From: Scyliorhinus canicula
Taxonomy: Eukaryota
Direction: 5' to 3'
Length of the DNA: 64,000 bases
NCBI RefSeq assembly: GCF_902713615.1
Contig: NW_024055676.1
Span: forward strand, 124,001-188,000
The translations under genes and the position numbers were made by a program. This document shows positions 50,049-62,399 of this stretch, piece by piece. Under the pieces are notes generated by a model. That model did no database searches. It worked only from the letters and a program-made list of their open reading frames with translations, and had not been told where the DNA came from. The stretch's first letter is position 1, and every line of letters starts with the position of its first letter.

Positions 50049-50381
50049 ATGCTTCGGGTTCACACAGGCATTTTGCTGTGTTTCACGCTGATCTGCACGG
50101 CGGTGACCGGAGAAGATGAGGTGCAGCAGCTCCCTGGGTGGATGGTTGTTAGTGAAACGGGTAATGTGTCCATGAACTGCACCAGCAGTGTTGCATTTAG
50201 CATCGTATTCTGGTACAGACAGTACCCGAACCAGTCACCCCAGCATCTGGTGATGGCCACCATTGGAACCGATCAACACGGGAGGATTACAGCTTCAATC
50301 GGTGGAGACAACAAGCTCAGTATCCTGACTGTGAGAGAGGCGCATATTACAGACGCTGCCACCTATCTCTGCGCTGTGAGG
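50049..50381 (+). CDS. TCR alpha-type V gene segment with intron-less leader (single exon)
   Basis: Continuous ORF MLRVHTGILLCFTLICTAVTG-EDEVQQ..MNCTS..VFWYRQYPNQSP..DAATYLCAVR. Confidence 0.92.
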
Positions 50382-50420
50382 CACAGTGTAACTAACAGAG
50401 GGAGACCCCATACAAAACCC
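50382..50420 (+). other. 23-RSS
   Basis: CACAGTG + 23 nt + ACAAAACCC. Confidence 0.95.
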
Positions 50421-51715
50421 TGCACCGTCTTACAAACCCGCTTCGCTGTGGCTGCAATATCGGCGTTTCATGAAGCGGGGTGTTGTATTCCATGGGAAGG
50501 GGGAATGAGAACAACACGTATATAGAAGCGGAAGAGTTAAAGAGGAAGAAATATGAAGAGAGTTGGAAATATAGTCGAAGAATGGGAAAGTGTTAACATA
50601 TTAACGGAATGAGTGAAAGAACAACACAGAACACTCTGTAGCAATGAAAAGTGAAGTGGAAAAAAGTGAAAAATAACGAGTGTGATGCATAGAGTTAACG
50701 ATCAGTTAAAATCATAAATGAAGTGACTCAGAAATAATGTAAAACGGCCTTAACATCATTCAATCTTCCTTGATAATTCAACATTTTATAGTTTGAAAAG
50801 CGGCTTCTGAAGGAGTGCCATTGGATTGCTCTATAAGTAAATTTACACCCTTTCCACCGTTCTGGCCATGTAATACTCACCCACTGGGAATCCCGCCAGA
50901 GGGCGAGGTGGTCCCAAAGTATTTCCAAACTATCGACAAAGGACTCGCGGTAACGTTGCGAGCTTCGGTCCCGACGACAGCTTGTTCAAACTCTGATACA
51001 CATTTTCTGCCCTGTGATAGTGGAGATCTTTCCCAGTTTGTTATTGCTGCCTCAGCTGGGGTCCCGGGATCGGTATTTCTGTAACCTTTTCCTGAAACCC
51101 ACAACGAACATCAAACTGGTAATTTTTCAGTTTGTCAGGATGTGCTGAGGACTGGGCCTTCAAATGTTTATAATTTAGATAAATGATTTGGACGGTATAG
51201 TTGCTCAATCTGCTGACCACAGAGAGAGATGTAGGAAAGTAAATGTTGAAGAGGACCTTAGGGTAAAAGGGCATGGATAGGGTAAATGAATGGACAAAGT
51301 TCTGGCAAATAGAATATAATGTGGAAAATGTGAATTTTTATAGTTTGGGAAGTAGATACACAATGAAGCTTTTTATCTGAGGAATTGCAGAGGACTGAGA
51401 TTCAGAGGGATCTGGGTGTCCGAGTGCGTGAATCACAAACGCCAGTTTCCAGGTGTAGCAAATAATCAGATTATTGTTGTTCGTTGTGAGGTGAATTCAT
51501 CACAAAAACATGGAGGTTATGCTTCAGTTGTCGAGAGTATGAGTTGGATCACATCTGGGACATTGTGCAGTAGGGTGCGATTTGTTGCAATTTTCTAACG
51601 GTCTCCTACTGTGACTGTCACACTGGAGGCTGAATTGTTGTTTTTTTGCTGAGTAGTAACTGCAACTCTGACTGTTGGGGTTTTGTACGGGAACCGCTAT
51701 ATCTGTAGCAGTGTG

Positions 51716-52218
51716 GGGGCTGCAAGGGACAGAGATACAGTGCGCTGTCAGACATCAGCGTGTTGCCTATCATCAGCTCGCTAAGCTTCGCAGTTTGATT
51801 TATGGTAGCTGAAAAGCGATCGGTGATGTCAGTGTCTCTGAAAAGGTTCTTTCGCAGAACACGAAGAATGTATTGTGGAGCCTTCCCGGGACTCTGACTG
51901 TACCAGTTCACATACGGGTTAGAAGTGCTTGTCTTCAAGTTGCAGGTTAGTGTGACATTACTTTCCTCTTCAATCTTTATTTCAGCATCCGGCTGCTCCA
52001 CTGTGTCCTGGTGGCTCCAATCTGACATAAAAAATAGATTAAAGGAACAATCAGTATCAACCCCAAATTGATCAACTTAATCTTCACCATCACTATTGTT
52101 TTCACCAACAATAACGTCAGGGTTACAACAGCCAGGAGGAGAATGGAGTTTTACTGGGAAGGAAATACTTACTGATAAGTGAGATAATGATGAGCATCTG
52201 AGCGAGCCGGTTCCCCAT
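51716..52218 (-). CDS. TCR V gene segment, WSHQD family (leader 52218-52173, V exon 52021-51716)
   Basis: MGNRLAQMLIIISLI|gtaagt..tcag|NWSHQDTVEQ..LTCNLK..VNWYSQSPGKAP..DSALYLCPLQ; RSS CACACTG(51715-51709)+22+ACAAAACCC. Confidence 0.9.
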
Positions 52219-53729
52219 GATCCTTCCTGAGTCTGGAACTCTGCAGTGAGAGGAATCCTCTGTCAGACACAGAAATACCGATCCCCGTCATACTGCATTG
52301 CTCATCCAGCCAATGGCAGAGGCAGAAATACAGATCCCCGTCACACTGTATTGCTCATCCAGCCAATGGCAGAGGCAGACATTTCTCCAATAACACAATT
52401 GGGTCAGGGCGAGAGCAGCAACCGGAAGCTGTGGGTGGGGAGACCGCAGACTCAGAGTGACATGTGCGGTGACTCTCAGCTGTACTCGGAGCGGAAATAG
52501 AGAATATGCAGAAGATTGTGACCATCCTGCACCTGCTCAATGTTCAAGAGGCTGAGAAGCACTCGAGCGGGAAGGACATAAAGCAGCGAGAATCATAGAA
52601 TCTTGGAGCACCGACTGAGACTATTGGAATAATTAACCAAATAATTTTTCATTCCATCATTTTATCTGATTTGTTGTTCAAGATACATATAATTTCCTTT
52701 TGAACGTTGCTATTGAATATTCTGTCACCATTTCAGGCAGTATTTCCAGGTTTGAACACATGGCAGTGTAATAAGTGAATGTGATATTTCCTTGCCTTTC
52801 TCTCTCTTAACCTGGCGGACATGGATTATTGAATGTTCTACTGATTGAAACAATTACATCTGATCCGTTTCATTAAACGTCTTAAAATCGTTACCACTAT
52901 AATTAAGAATCTCCCTGAACTGATTGATAAGCGAAGAACAGTCCCAGTTAGTCATTGAATGCTGAGATCCTGGTACCATTCCATGTACTTTCTCCCAAAT
53001 CTCTGCGTTATATCAAAATGGTGATTTCTAAGCAATGATTTATTAACATTTAGCTTTACTTCAAAAACTCAGAAACGAATGAAAAGTGAAATTCGCTTAT
53101 TGTCACGAGTAGGCTTCAATGAAGTTACTGTGAAAAGCCCCTAGTCGTCATATTCCGGCGCCTGTTTCGGGGAGGCTGTTACGGGAATCGAACCGCGCTG
53201 CTGGCCTGCCTTGGTCTGCTTTCAAAGCCAGCGATTTAGCCCAGTGTGCCCAGTGTGCTAAACAGCCCCTGTTTATGAAACGTCAACGAATATTAAAATT
53301 GTGGCGGATCAGGTCCCATTTAGACTTCCTAGAAGATGATGTTTGATATTCATGTTTTAATGTGCGTCAATAAACTCGACATTTTCAACAGAATCCCATA
53401 GCAGAAGGCATCAAATCCAAGCATGCTAATTAGAAAGTCACGTGGGATCATCACCAAAGCCAATAGGCATGGTTTCCTGACCGAGGTCACAATGGGCCTG
53501 ACCCCGTGCAGTGTCTGGGTGGAACATTGAGCTGAACAGGGCCCGAGCTCCCTCTCTCCTTTCAATCTCTGGATCATTCCCATTCACTGCGATATTCAGT
53601 CAGACATGTTTCTGATCATACCACTGGCGCTGTTGCACCGTAAGTGATGGGGTTATATACTTTAAAACACTTAAGCAGATTGGTGCAACGAGTTTGTATT
53701 ATTATTTAATGTGTTTAACGATGCCACAT

Positions 53730-54060
53730 AGTATCATAGAATTTACAGTGCAGAAGGAGGTCATTCGGCTCATCGAATCAGCACGGGCCCTTACAAAGTG
53801 CACCCTACTGAAGCCCACGCCGCCACCCTATCCCCGTAATCCAGTAACCCCCACTTAACATTTTGTGGACACAAAGGGCAATTTAGCATGGCCAATCCAC
53901 CTAACCTGCATAATTTTGGACTGTGGGAGGAAAGCAGATCACCCGGAGGAAACACTCACAGGCACGGGGAGAACGTGCTGACTCCGCACAGACAGTGGTC
54001 CAGCGGGGAATCGAATCTGGGACCCTGGAGCTGTGAGGCAACTGTTCTACACACTATGCT
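53730..54060 (-). mobile_element. HE1-like SINE
   Basis: Reverse complement of SINE tail, core (GCATGGCCAATCCACCTAACC) and head. Confidence 0.75.
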
Positions 54061-54190
54061 AATCACTATGCATATACCGATATTAAGGACATCTCGGAAA
54101 CTGGAAACTTACGCCCAGTCATACAGATCGACATAACTTTAAATCAATTCACTTTAACCTTATGCACTTTTATTCCTCGACTTTTACAGA

Positions 54191-54300
54191 CGGACTATGT
54201 CAGCAACTCAATGTCCGGTGTTGTTAAGAAGGACGTTCAGTGCAGTTAGATTGTGAATATACAGACCAGGTTACAGAAACGAGGCTTTATGCACTGGTCT
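54191..54300 (+). pseudogene. 5' fragment of a V exon (family of the 8237 and 32061 segments), frameshifted
   Basis: ttttacag acceptor, then ..GVV-(frameshift)-EGRSVQLDCEYTD; TCAGTGCAGTTAGATTG(C/T)GAATATACAGACC is shared with 8240. Confidence 0.65.
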
Positions 54301-55010
54301 AGTGTTCCGGATGGGGGCAAGCGACGTTATATTGTCTTATTTTTCCACCTCTTTCTGGAATTCCTGATTTCATTTCGGACATTGCGTTTCTCACTGAACC
54401 CCTTTGTTTCTCTCACTGTCTATCTCACTGCTTCTCCTGTTCCCTCTTCGTTGGTCTCCCTTCGTTTTCCCGTCTGTATGACCTCTACATATTTGCATGT
54501 GTTCCCTTCAGTGTTTCTTAACCATATTTTCAACTATTCCCCTTCCTGCCCCCGTCTCTCCTTCGTTTCTCTCACTGTCTGCCCCAACCTGCCTCTCTCT
54601 CATTTCCATCATTCCCTTTCCTCAGATTTATATCCCTGTATATCCAACGGGGTTGTCCTATCTCTGTCTCCGTATCTATCACGGTTTCTTCTTCTGATTC
54701 ACTCACTGTCTCCCTTTCATATGTCGTATTTCTCCATGTTGGATATCAAATATTAAATATTTTTCTCAGCATTTCTATTATAATATCTTTTATTCACAAC
54801 ATGGTATCAATACTCCAAACACAGCCTCACATTATCTTCCCAGTGTTGTACCTGTTGCTTTCGGCTTGTTAATAATTCGGATTTATTTTGAATAAGAACA
54901 ATCTGCTGATAGGTTTACAAAGTCCAGGTGTTCCTGCTCTGCCCGCTATTCCCTTTGTTACGCTGCGGCAGTGTTTTTGTCCGAGGCTCCCACTAGTTGT
55001 TGTCACTGTC

Positions 55011-55535
55011 TCCCAGTCCGCAGTAATACACCGTGCTGTCAAACAGCCGCAGCTCCCGGATGGTGAATTTCCCCTCACTTTTCATCCTGTTTAGGGATGC
55101 AGAAATTCGAGTCCCCACGCCCTTTGCTCTGATAACATCTCCATAATTAGGGATGTAGATCAAGAATGCAGTGGTTCTATCCCGATCCTGACGGTATAGC
55201 TGTAAAGAATATGCAATATTTGTTGTCGAATATTTGAAATCAATGGTCATCGATTCTCCTGCAAACTTTGTGGCTGTAACCGGCTCTTGTGAGACAGAAT
55301 CTGCACCACTCGCACCTGCAAACAATTAGAAACAAGGACTTTAACTTTTTATATCACCTTTTAAGAAACAATGTGATCAACGTAATTGTGGATATTACAA
55401 ATAGAAGGAAAACACAGTTGAAGGGTAAGATGTATATGTCAGTCTCCTGAACAAGTTTGAGATTGTGTAACTTGGGAACTTACCAGTTAGGAGATTGGCT
55501 GTTGTTAAGAATGAGTAAAAGATAATGCACAACAT
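55011..55535 (-). pseudogene. TCR delta-like V segment, open frame but non-functional (leader 55535-55484, V exon 55315-55011)
   Basis: MLCIIFYSFLTTANLLT|G..ASGADSVSQEP..TIDFKY (Cys23 to Phe)..LQLYRQ (Trp41 to Leu)..DSTVYYCGLG; RSS heptamer GACAGTG + 23 + ACAAAAACA. Confidence 0.85.
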
Positions 55536-56635
55536 GTTCACGGAGCTGATGGTGGATTTGAACACAGTGAGTTACAGCTGAATTGTTGTAATGAAGAATT
55601 CAGAAGACGTTGAGTGATATCCGGCGTCACAACCGATTGGTTCATTCCTGACAAAGCCAACAGGTGACACCCAATCAGGTCACGGCTCCTTTGTCGTACG
55701 TTTCATCCAATTAGATCCATTTATTTGTTCTCCAATCCATGACGTCTGAGCGAGGAGCACGGTACCACTTGCACCTGTTGCCAGAACAATGAATTGAACA
55801 GAACATCAGACGATAAGGAACAGGAGCTGCAGTGGACCATTTGTCCCATCACTTGGACCTACTCCGCAATTCATGATTCAAGATCATGGTTGATCAATCT
55901 CACATCTACCTTCCTACCCCACATCCTTTATTTCCCGGAATATTCACAAATCCATCAACTGTCTCGACAAAACTAAACGACTGACTAACCTTTGACACAG
56001 GGAGAGCATTAAAGTGAATGTTGGCCCTTTTGCAGATTGAATTTTGAGAATGGACACTGATAGGTGTTACTTAATGTTGTGATAACAGCGTAAGAGTCTA
56101 CTAGACAGCTAGTCAGGAACCTCGGAAAATACTATTCAGCGCCACAGAAAGAAATTATTCGGGCGAACTGCTCGTTATAATGTTGTTTTGTTTATATTGA
56201 CAGTTCACAATTCAGGTCACAGAACTGGTTCAGAGAGGAGGATTTTTTGATTCTTTCATCTGACGTCGGCGTAGCAGGCTGTGCGTTTATTGTCCATCCC
56301 TAATTGTCCTTGAGGGGGCAGTTAAGAGTGAACCACATTGCTGTGGGTCTGGAGTCACGTGTAGGCCTGACCAGGTAAGGATGGCAGATTTATTTCCCTA
56401 CATTAGTGAATCAGATTTTTTTTAACGAGAATCAACAATGGTTCCATGATCGCCATTAGACCTTTAATTTCAGATTCAAATGTAGCCATCTGCTGTGATG
56501 TGATTGAACCTGCCCCCAGGGCATTTTTATGGGTCTCTGGTTTACTAGTCCAGTGATAATACCACTCCGCCACCGCCTCACCAAGAGTGCCTTGCAGGTT
56601 TGTGTGAAGACTGACTGTGTCTCTGCAATAATGTG

Positions 56636-57072
56636 GGACTCAACGCACAGTGATACACGACAGAGTCAGAGACTGTAACCACTGTGATATTTAAAGAAAC
56701 TGCTGTCTTGTCTTGGTCTAAATCAGCCGAAAACTGGTCTGGGAAATCTGAAGACTTTTCCCCATCCCCCGTATTGCATTTCTTCAGTAAATATCTCGGA
56801 GCTTCTCCTGGATACTGGATGTACCAGAAGAGAGTCTGGCCAGGGTATTCCGTTTTGTAACTGCAGATCAATTTTGCCGTCCATCCATCCTGAACCGTTA
56901 ATTCAGGCGGCTCCTGGGAAACTAAATCTTGGCCATTGGTTCCTGTAACAACAGATAGAACGTGTGAGAACTCTGTGAGTAACATGACCCATGAAACACA
57001 GTCTGAGGATTTGAGCTCAGACTCACCGGGCAGCAAGACGTTTATTATAAGTAAAGCACACAGGGAGCACGT
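56636..57072 (-). CDS. TCR V segment (family of 19337); V frame open but leader starts with ACG (leader 57072-57027, V exon 56942-56636)
   Basis: (ACG)CSLCALLIINVLLP|G TNGQDLVSQ..LICSYK..LFWYIQYPGEAP..DSVVYHCALS; RSS CACATTA+23+ACACAAACC. Confidence 0.85.
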
Positions 57073-57250
57073 GGTTCCTGATGGACAGTAAACAGCGATA
57101 CTGTTTCAAATATGTTACTGTTTAAAGTGTGAGATCAAAAGGTACACTCAGATCAGAGGCCATGATGTGGAGATGCCGGCGTTGGACTGTGGTGGACATA
57201 GTAAAAAATCTTACAACACCAGGTTAAATTCCAACAGGTTTGTTGGGAAT

Positions 57251-57286
57251 CACTAGCTTTCGAAGCACAGCTCCTTCATCAGGTGA
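57251..57286 (-). ncRNA. Minimal hammerhead ribozyme motif in Penelope remnant (57160-57290)
   Basis: Minus strand CAC-CTGATGA-A-GGAGCTGTGCTTC-GAAA-GCTA-GTG. Confidence 0.55.
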
Positions 57287-57467
57287 GTCATTCTGTGGGA
57301 GGAAACGCACGCAGACAGGGGGAGAATGTTCAAACTCTATACAGACTGTCACCTAGAATTGAACGCGGGACCTTGGAGCTGTGAGGCAGCAGTACCACTT
57401 TGCCTCCCTGTGATTGTCGACCCGCTCCAGTTTTTGTATGAGCCCCGCCGGGCCCTCATTCACTGTG

Positions 57468-57950
57468 GGTCTCAGCGCGCAGTAATACACGGCGCTGTCT
57501 GTCATCTTCAAATCTGTCACAGACAAGTGAAAAGTGCTTTGCGTCTGGTTGAGTTTCCCGCTGAAGTGTTCAAAGCTGGGAGCCGTCTGTTTAAATCCAT
57601 TATTATCAACTCTGAGCAGATACTGAGGAGATCGGTGTGGATACTGACGATACCAGAACAGATAATATACTATAGCTGAATTCGATACCGAGTAACTACA
57701 GGGCATTGCTGAATCGTCACCCTCTTCTGCGTCGACTCCTCGTTCTACCTGGGATACGGTGTCTCCCTTACTCATCCCTGAAATTAAACAACAAAAATAC
57801 AGCGGGTTAAACGAATTAACATGGGGACGACGTGTACCCGAAGATAGAAATGTAAATAAATATACGATTTGGGTAATTTAGGACAGGGGTTCAATATAAC
57901 CGACCTGTTACCAGGACAATAACCAGAGACAGACAGAGTTTCACCCCCAT
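57468..57950 (-). CDS. TCR alpha-type V gene segment (leader 57950-57905, V exon 57777-57468)
   Basis: MGVKLCLSLVIVLVT|G MSKGDTVSQ..MPCSYS..LFWYRQYPHRSP..DSAVYYCALR; RSS CACAGTG(57467-57461)+23+ACAAAAACT. Confidence 0.94.
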
Positions 57951-59332
57951 GGCTCCAGTCTGAAGTCCAGAAACAGAGACAGTGATCACTGTCTGCAGCA
58001 GTCCTGCAATTGCGGAAGTTCAAACATTCAGAGGGATGTCATGAGGTTAAATGCGATTTCTTCTCTCCGCCCATTTTCACGTCCTAAAATAGTCGCTTCC
58101 CCGGAGAAGGGAAACATGCTCTTTCATAAGCGATTAGAGAGCGCCCTCCCGTGGAAAACACGGCGCAAATTGAAAACAGACACACGGCCACTGCAAAGAC
58201 ATAAACTATAAAGAGACAACCATACAGACATAAGTTCCAACGTGCGTTGACATAAAACCAGAAGTGCTTTGGAGATTTTTGATATATATTAGTCTGAGTT
58301 GCTAACGATGAAAATACCTGAATAAATGTGCCTCCCATGTTCACCAGAAGCCTCGAACATATCGGAGAATCGACAGAAATATAGACACAGAGACAAGTAA
58401 CCATACTGATAGATCCCCAAACTGATCTACTAAAACATAGATACAGAGATCAACACTTAAATCGATAAATAAACAGAGTAACAGCGCCATAGATACAGAA
58501 CCTTCGAATTTTCAGAGTGAGCTTTCTGAAATGGAATTCCCTGAGGTTGTGTCAGTGTGGTAATGTCGGGGAGATATCCGTTGCCATTAAATTGTGCATT
58601 TTAGCAACATGAACATCCATGGAATGTATTTGTCATTAACCGTGATCATGAATTTGTACATGCGACCAGATTGTGGACCCATTCGTAGAATCAGTGTTCG
58701 GGAATGCATGTATGTTTTACAGACAAGCGCATTCTCGAAGCTTCCGTAACATGAGGGAGATTAGAGTAAGACAACCATTCTCGGAGACATGCTATCGGAT
58801 TTCAAGGAGAAAGGCTTCCTTGATCGGTAGATTGTGTCTCAGGATAGAATAGTGCGGCTAACAGAGAATTTGAAGTTTTGCTTTTCAGAATCGTACCCTG
58901 TACAATTGTATCGGGGCTAGTTTAGCACAGGGCTAAATCGCTGGCTTTTAAAGCAGACCAAGGCAGGCCAGCAGCACGGTTGAAATCCCGTACCAGCCTC
59001 CCCGAACAGGCGCCGGAATGTGGCGACTAGGGGTTTTTCACAGTAACTGAAGCCGACTTGTGAAAATAAGCGATTTTCATTTAATTTCATGATATTGCTA
59101 TTTGGTTGTTTCATTTATGTTTACAGCTTTGTCTGTTTGTCCATTCCACTGTCGATACAACTCTCTTCTATTTACCAATCTACTGTTGTATTAATTTTGG
59201 TCTCTGTTTACCGATCCAAATCTATCTATAACTCCAGTTATCTCCCTCGTCTTGTCAATCTCACACAAATTAACGCCTGTCTCCGAAGGAAGGGATTCAT
59301 GTAAAGGAGCAAAAGGTTATCAGGTTAAATAT

Positions 59333-59810
59333 NNNNNNNNNNNNNNNNNNNNNNNNNNNNNNNNNNNNNNNNNNNNNNNNNNNNNNNNNNNNNNNNNNNN
59401 NNNNNNNNNNNNNNNNNNNNNNNNNNNNNNNNNNNNNNNNNNNNNNNNNNNNNNNNNNNNNNNNNNNNNNNNNNNNNNNNNNNNNNNNNNNNNNNNNNNN
59501 NNNNNNNNNNNNNNNNNNNNNNNNNNNNNNNNNNNNNNNNNNNNNNNNNNNNNNNNNNNNNNNNNNNNNNNNNNNNNNNNNNNNNNNNNNNNNNNNNNNN
59601 NNNNNNNNNNNNNNNNNNNNNNNNNNNNNNNNNNNNNNNNNNNNNNNNNNNNNNNNNNNNNNNNNNNNNNNNNNNNNNNNNNNNNNNNNNNNNNNNNNNN
59701 NNNNNNNNNNNNNNNNNNNNNNNNNNNNNNNNNNNNNNNNNNNNNNNNNNNNNNNNNNNNNNNNNNNNNNNNNNNNNNNNNNNNNNNNNNNNNNNNNNNN
59801 NNNNNNNNNN
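59333..59810. other. Assembly gap (478 N)
   Basis: Run of N. Confidence 1.
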
Positions 59811-61650
59811 TACATCCCTGGCCTTGTATTCTAGCCCTCTTGACATGAATGCAAACATTGCATTTTCCTTCCTAACTGCCGACTGAATCTGCACGTTAAC
59901 CTTAAAAGAATCGTGAACAAAGACTTGCAAGTCCCTTTGTGCTTCTCATTTCCGAAGCATTTCCCCATTTAGAAAATAGTCTATGCCTAAATTCCTTCTT
60001 CCAAAGTGCATAACCTCACACTTTTCCACGTTACATTTCATCTACCACTTCATTGCCCACTCTCGTAGTCTATCCAAATCCTTCTGCAGCCCGCGTGCTT
60101 CCTCAATACTACCTGTCCCTCTACAGATCTTTGTATCAACTGCAACTTAACAACCGTGCCTTCAGTACCTTCTTCCAGATCATTAATGTATGTTGTGAAA
60201 AGTTGTGGTCCCGGCTCAGACCCCTGAGGCACACCTCTAGTCACCAGCTGCCATCCTGAAAACGACCCCTTTATCCTCATTCTCTGCCTTCTGGCAGTCA
60301 GCCAATCCTCTTTCCATGCCAGGATCTTGTCCTTAACACCATGGTCTCTTAACTTATTTAACAAACATCTATGTGGCTCCTTATTAAACGGCTTCTGGAA
60401 ATCTAAATAAATGACGTCCACTGGTTCTCCTTTGTCTAACATCCTTGTCACATCCTCAAAGAACTCTAACAGATTTGGCAGACATGACCTCCCTTTGACA
60501 AAGCCATGCTGACTCAGTCCTGTTTTGCCATGCACTTCCAAGTACTCCACGATCATATTTTTAATAGCAGATTCTAAAATCTTACCAATGACCGAAATCC
60601 GGCTAACCGGCCTATAATTTTCCGTCTTCTGCCTCCCTCCATTCTTAAACAGTGATGTTACATTCGCCACTTTCCAGTCATCTTGGACCCTTCTTGCCTC
60701 TAGTAGCTCCTGAAAGATTACCACCTATGCCTCCACCATCTCCTCAGTTATCTCTGGGGTGTAGTCCATCCAGTCAAGGTGACTTATCCACCTTCCGACC
60801 CTTCAGTTTCTCCAGAACCTGCTCCTTAGTGATGGCCACTGCACGTACCTCTGCTCCCTGATTCTCTTGGGGCTCTGGCACCCCAGTCTTCCACCGTGAA
60901 GACTGATGCAAAGTAACTATTCAGTTCGTCTGCCATTTCTTTGTTTCCTATTATTACTTCTCCAGCCACGTTTTCCAATGATTTAACATCTATTTTTGCC
61001 TCTCTCTTACCTTTTATATATTGAGAAAAACTATTCCTATTTTATTTTATATTACTAGCCAGCTTGCACTAAAATTTCATCTTCTCTCCACTTATTGCTT
61101 TTTTAGTTGCCCTCTGCTCGCCTTTAAAGACTTCCCAATCCATTGGCTTCTCACCAATCCTCGCCACTTTGTCTGCTTTTTCTTTTGCTTCTCTGCTACC
61201 CTTGACTTCCCACGGCAACCATGGATGCCTTGTTCTCCCCTTAGCATGTTTCCTCCTCCTTGGGTTGAATTTGTGCCTCCCGAATAACCCCCCAAAACTC
61301 CTGCCATTGCGGTTCCACTGTCAACTCTGATACGCTATTCTTCCAATCAACTTTGGCCAGCTCCTCTCTTATGTCTTTGTAGTTACCCTTATTGAATTGT
61401 AATACCGTTACATCTGATTCCAGCTTCTCCCTCTCAAACTGCAGGGTACATTCTATCATATGGTGGTAATTGCTCCCGAAGGGTTTATTCACCTCAAGAT
61501 CCCTAATCAAGTCTGCCTCAATATACATCACCAAATCCAGAAATGCCTGATCCCTAGTGGGCTCTACCACAGTGGCTCCAAAAAAAATCTCTTAAACACC
61601 CCAAAAATTTATTTTCTTTGAATCCACTACCAACCTGATTTCTCCAATCT
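59811..61650 (-). mobile_element. Degenerate CR1 LINE (ORF2 RT region)
   Basis: ENYRPVS, VIYLDFQK, GVPQGSEPGP motifs with frameshifts. Confidence 0.88.
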
Positions 61651-62399
61651 ACCTGCATATTGGCCCCCCATGATTATTGTGATATTGCCTTTTTTACGTG
61701 CACTGCCACCTCATAGCACTAGGGACCTGGGGTCAATTCCGACCTTGGGTAACTGTCTGTGGAGTTTGCACGTTCTCCTCATATCTGCATGGGTTTCCTC
61801 CGGGGGCTCCGGTTTCTTCCCACAATCCAAACCGAACGACTTCAGGAATGAGTTAGGATTCTGTCTTACCCTCACCAGCTTCACTCATGTCATACACCCA
61901 GGACATGCTTGTCTGCAAAACATAAACGCATCTATTGAAACCTATTATCCGGAAGGGTCGACAGTATGGTCATTTTTGTAAATCAACGATCATGGTTATT
62001 GAGAAATACATTCCTGGATGGTCATGTTGCAAAAATGTATAGTTCCATAGAAATTAATGTGCAACACAATATTGCCACACTGACACAACCTCAGGGAATT
62101 CCATTTCGGAGAGCTCACTTTGAAAAGTCGATGGTTTTTCGCAGCCTCACTGACTCTTTGCTCTTTTATGTGTCTATGGTTGTCTTAATCAGTTTTATTG
62201 TCTACTGCCGTGTTTGTCTCTGTGTCCGTGCTTGTGTTGCTTCTGTGCTATATTCGAGGCTTCTGGTGAACACGGGAGGCGGATATATTCACTTACTTTT
62301 ATCGTTACCAACTCGTCTTTCAAGAATCTCCATAGCACTTCTGGTTTTAGGTCGACGTATGGTGCAACTTATGTCATAGTCTGTGCGTGTCGGATTGGT

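Noticed and set aside
59252-59930. ORFs with long X runs
   Set aside because: They are artefacts of the N gap.
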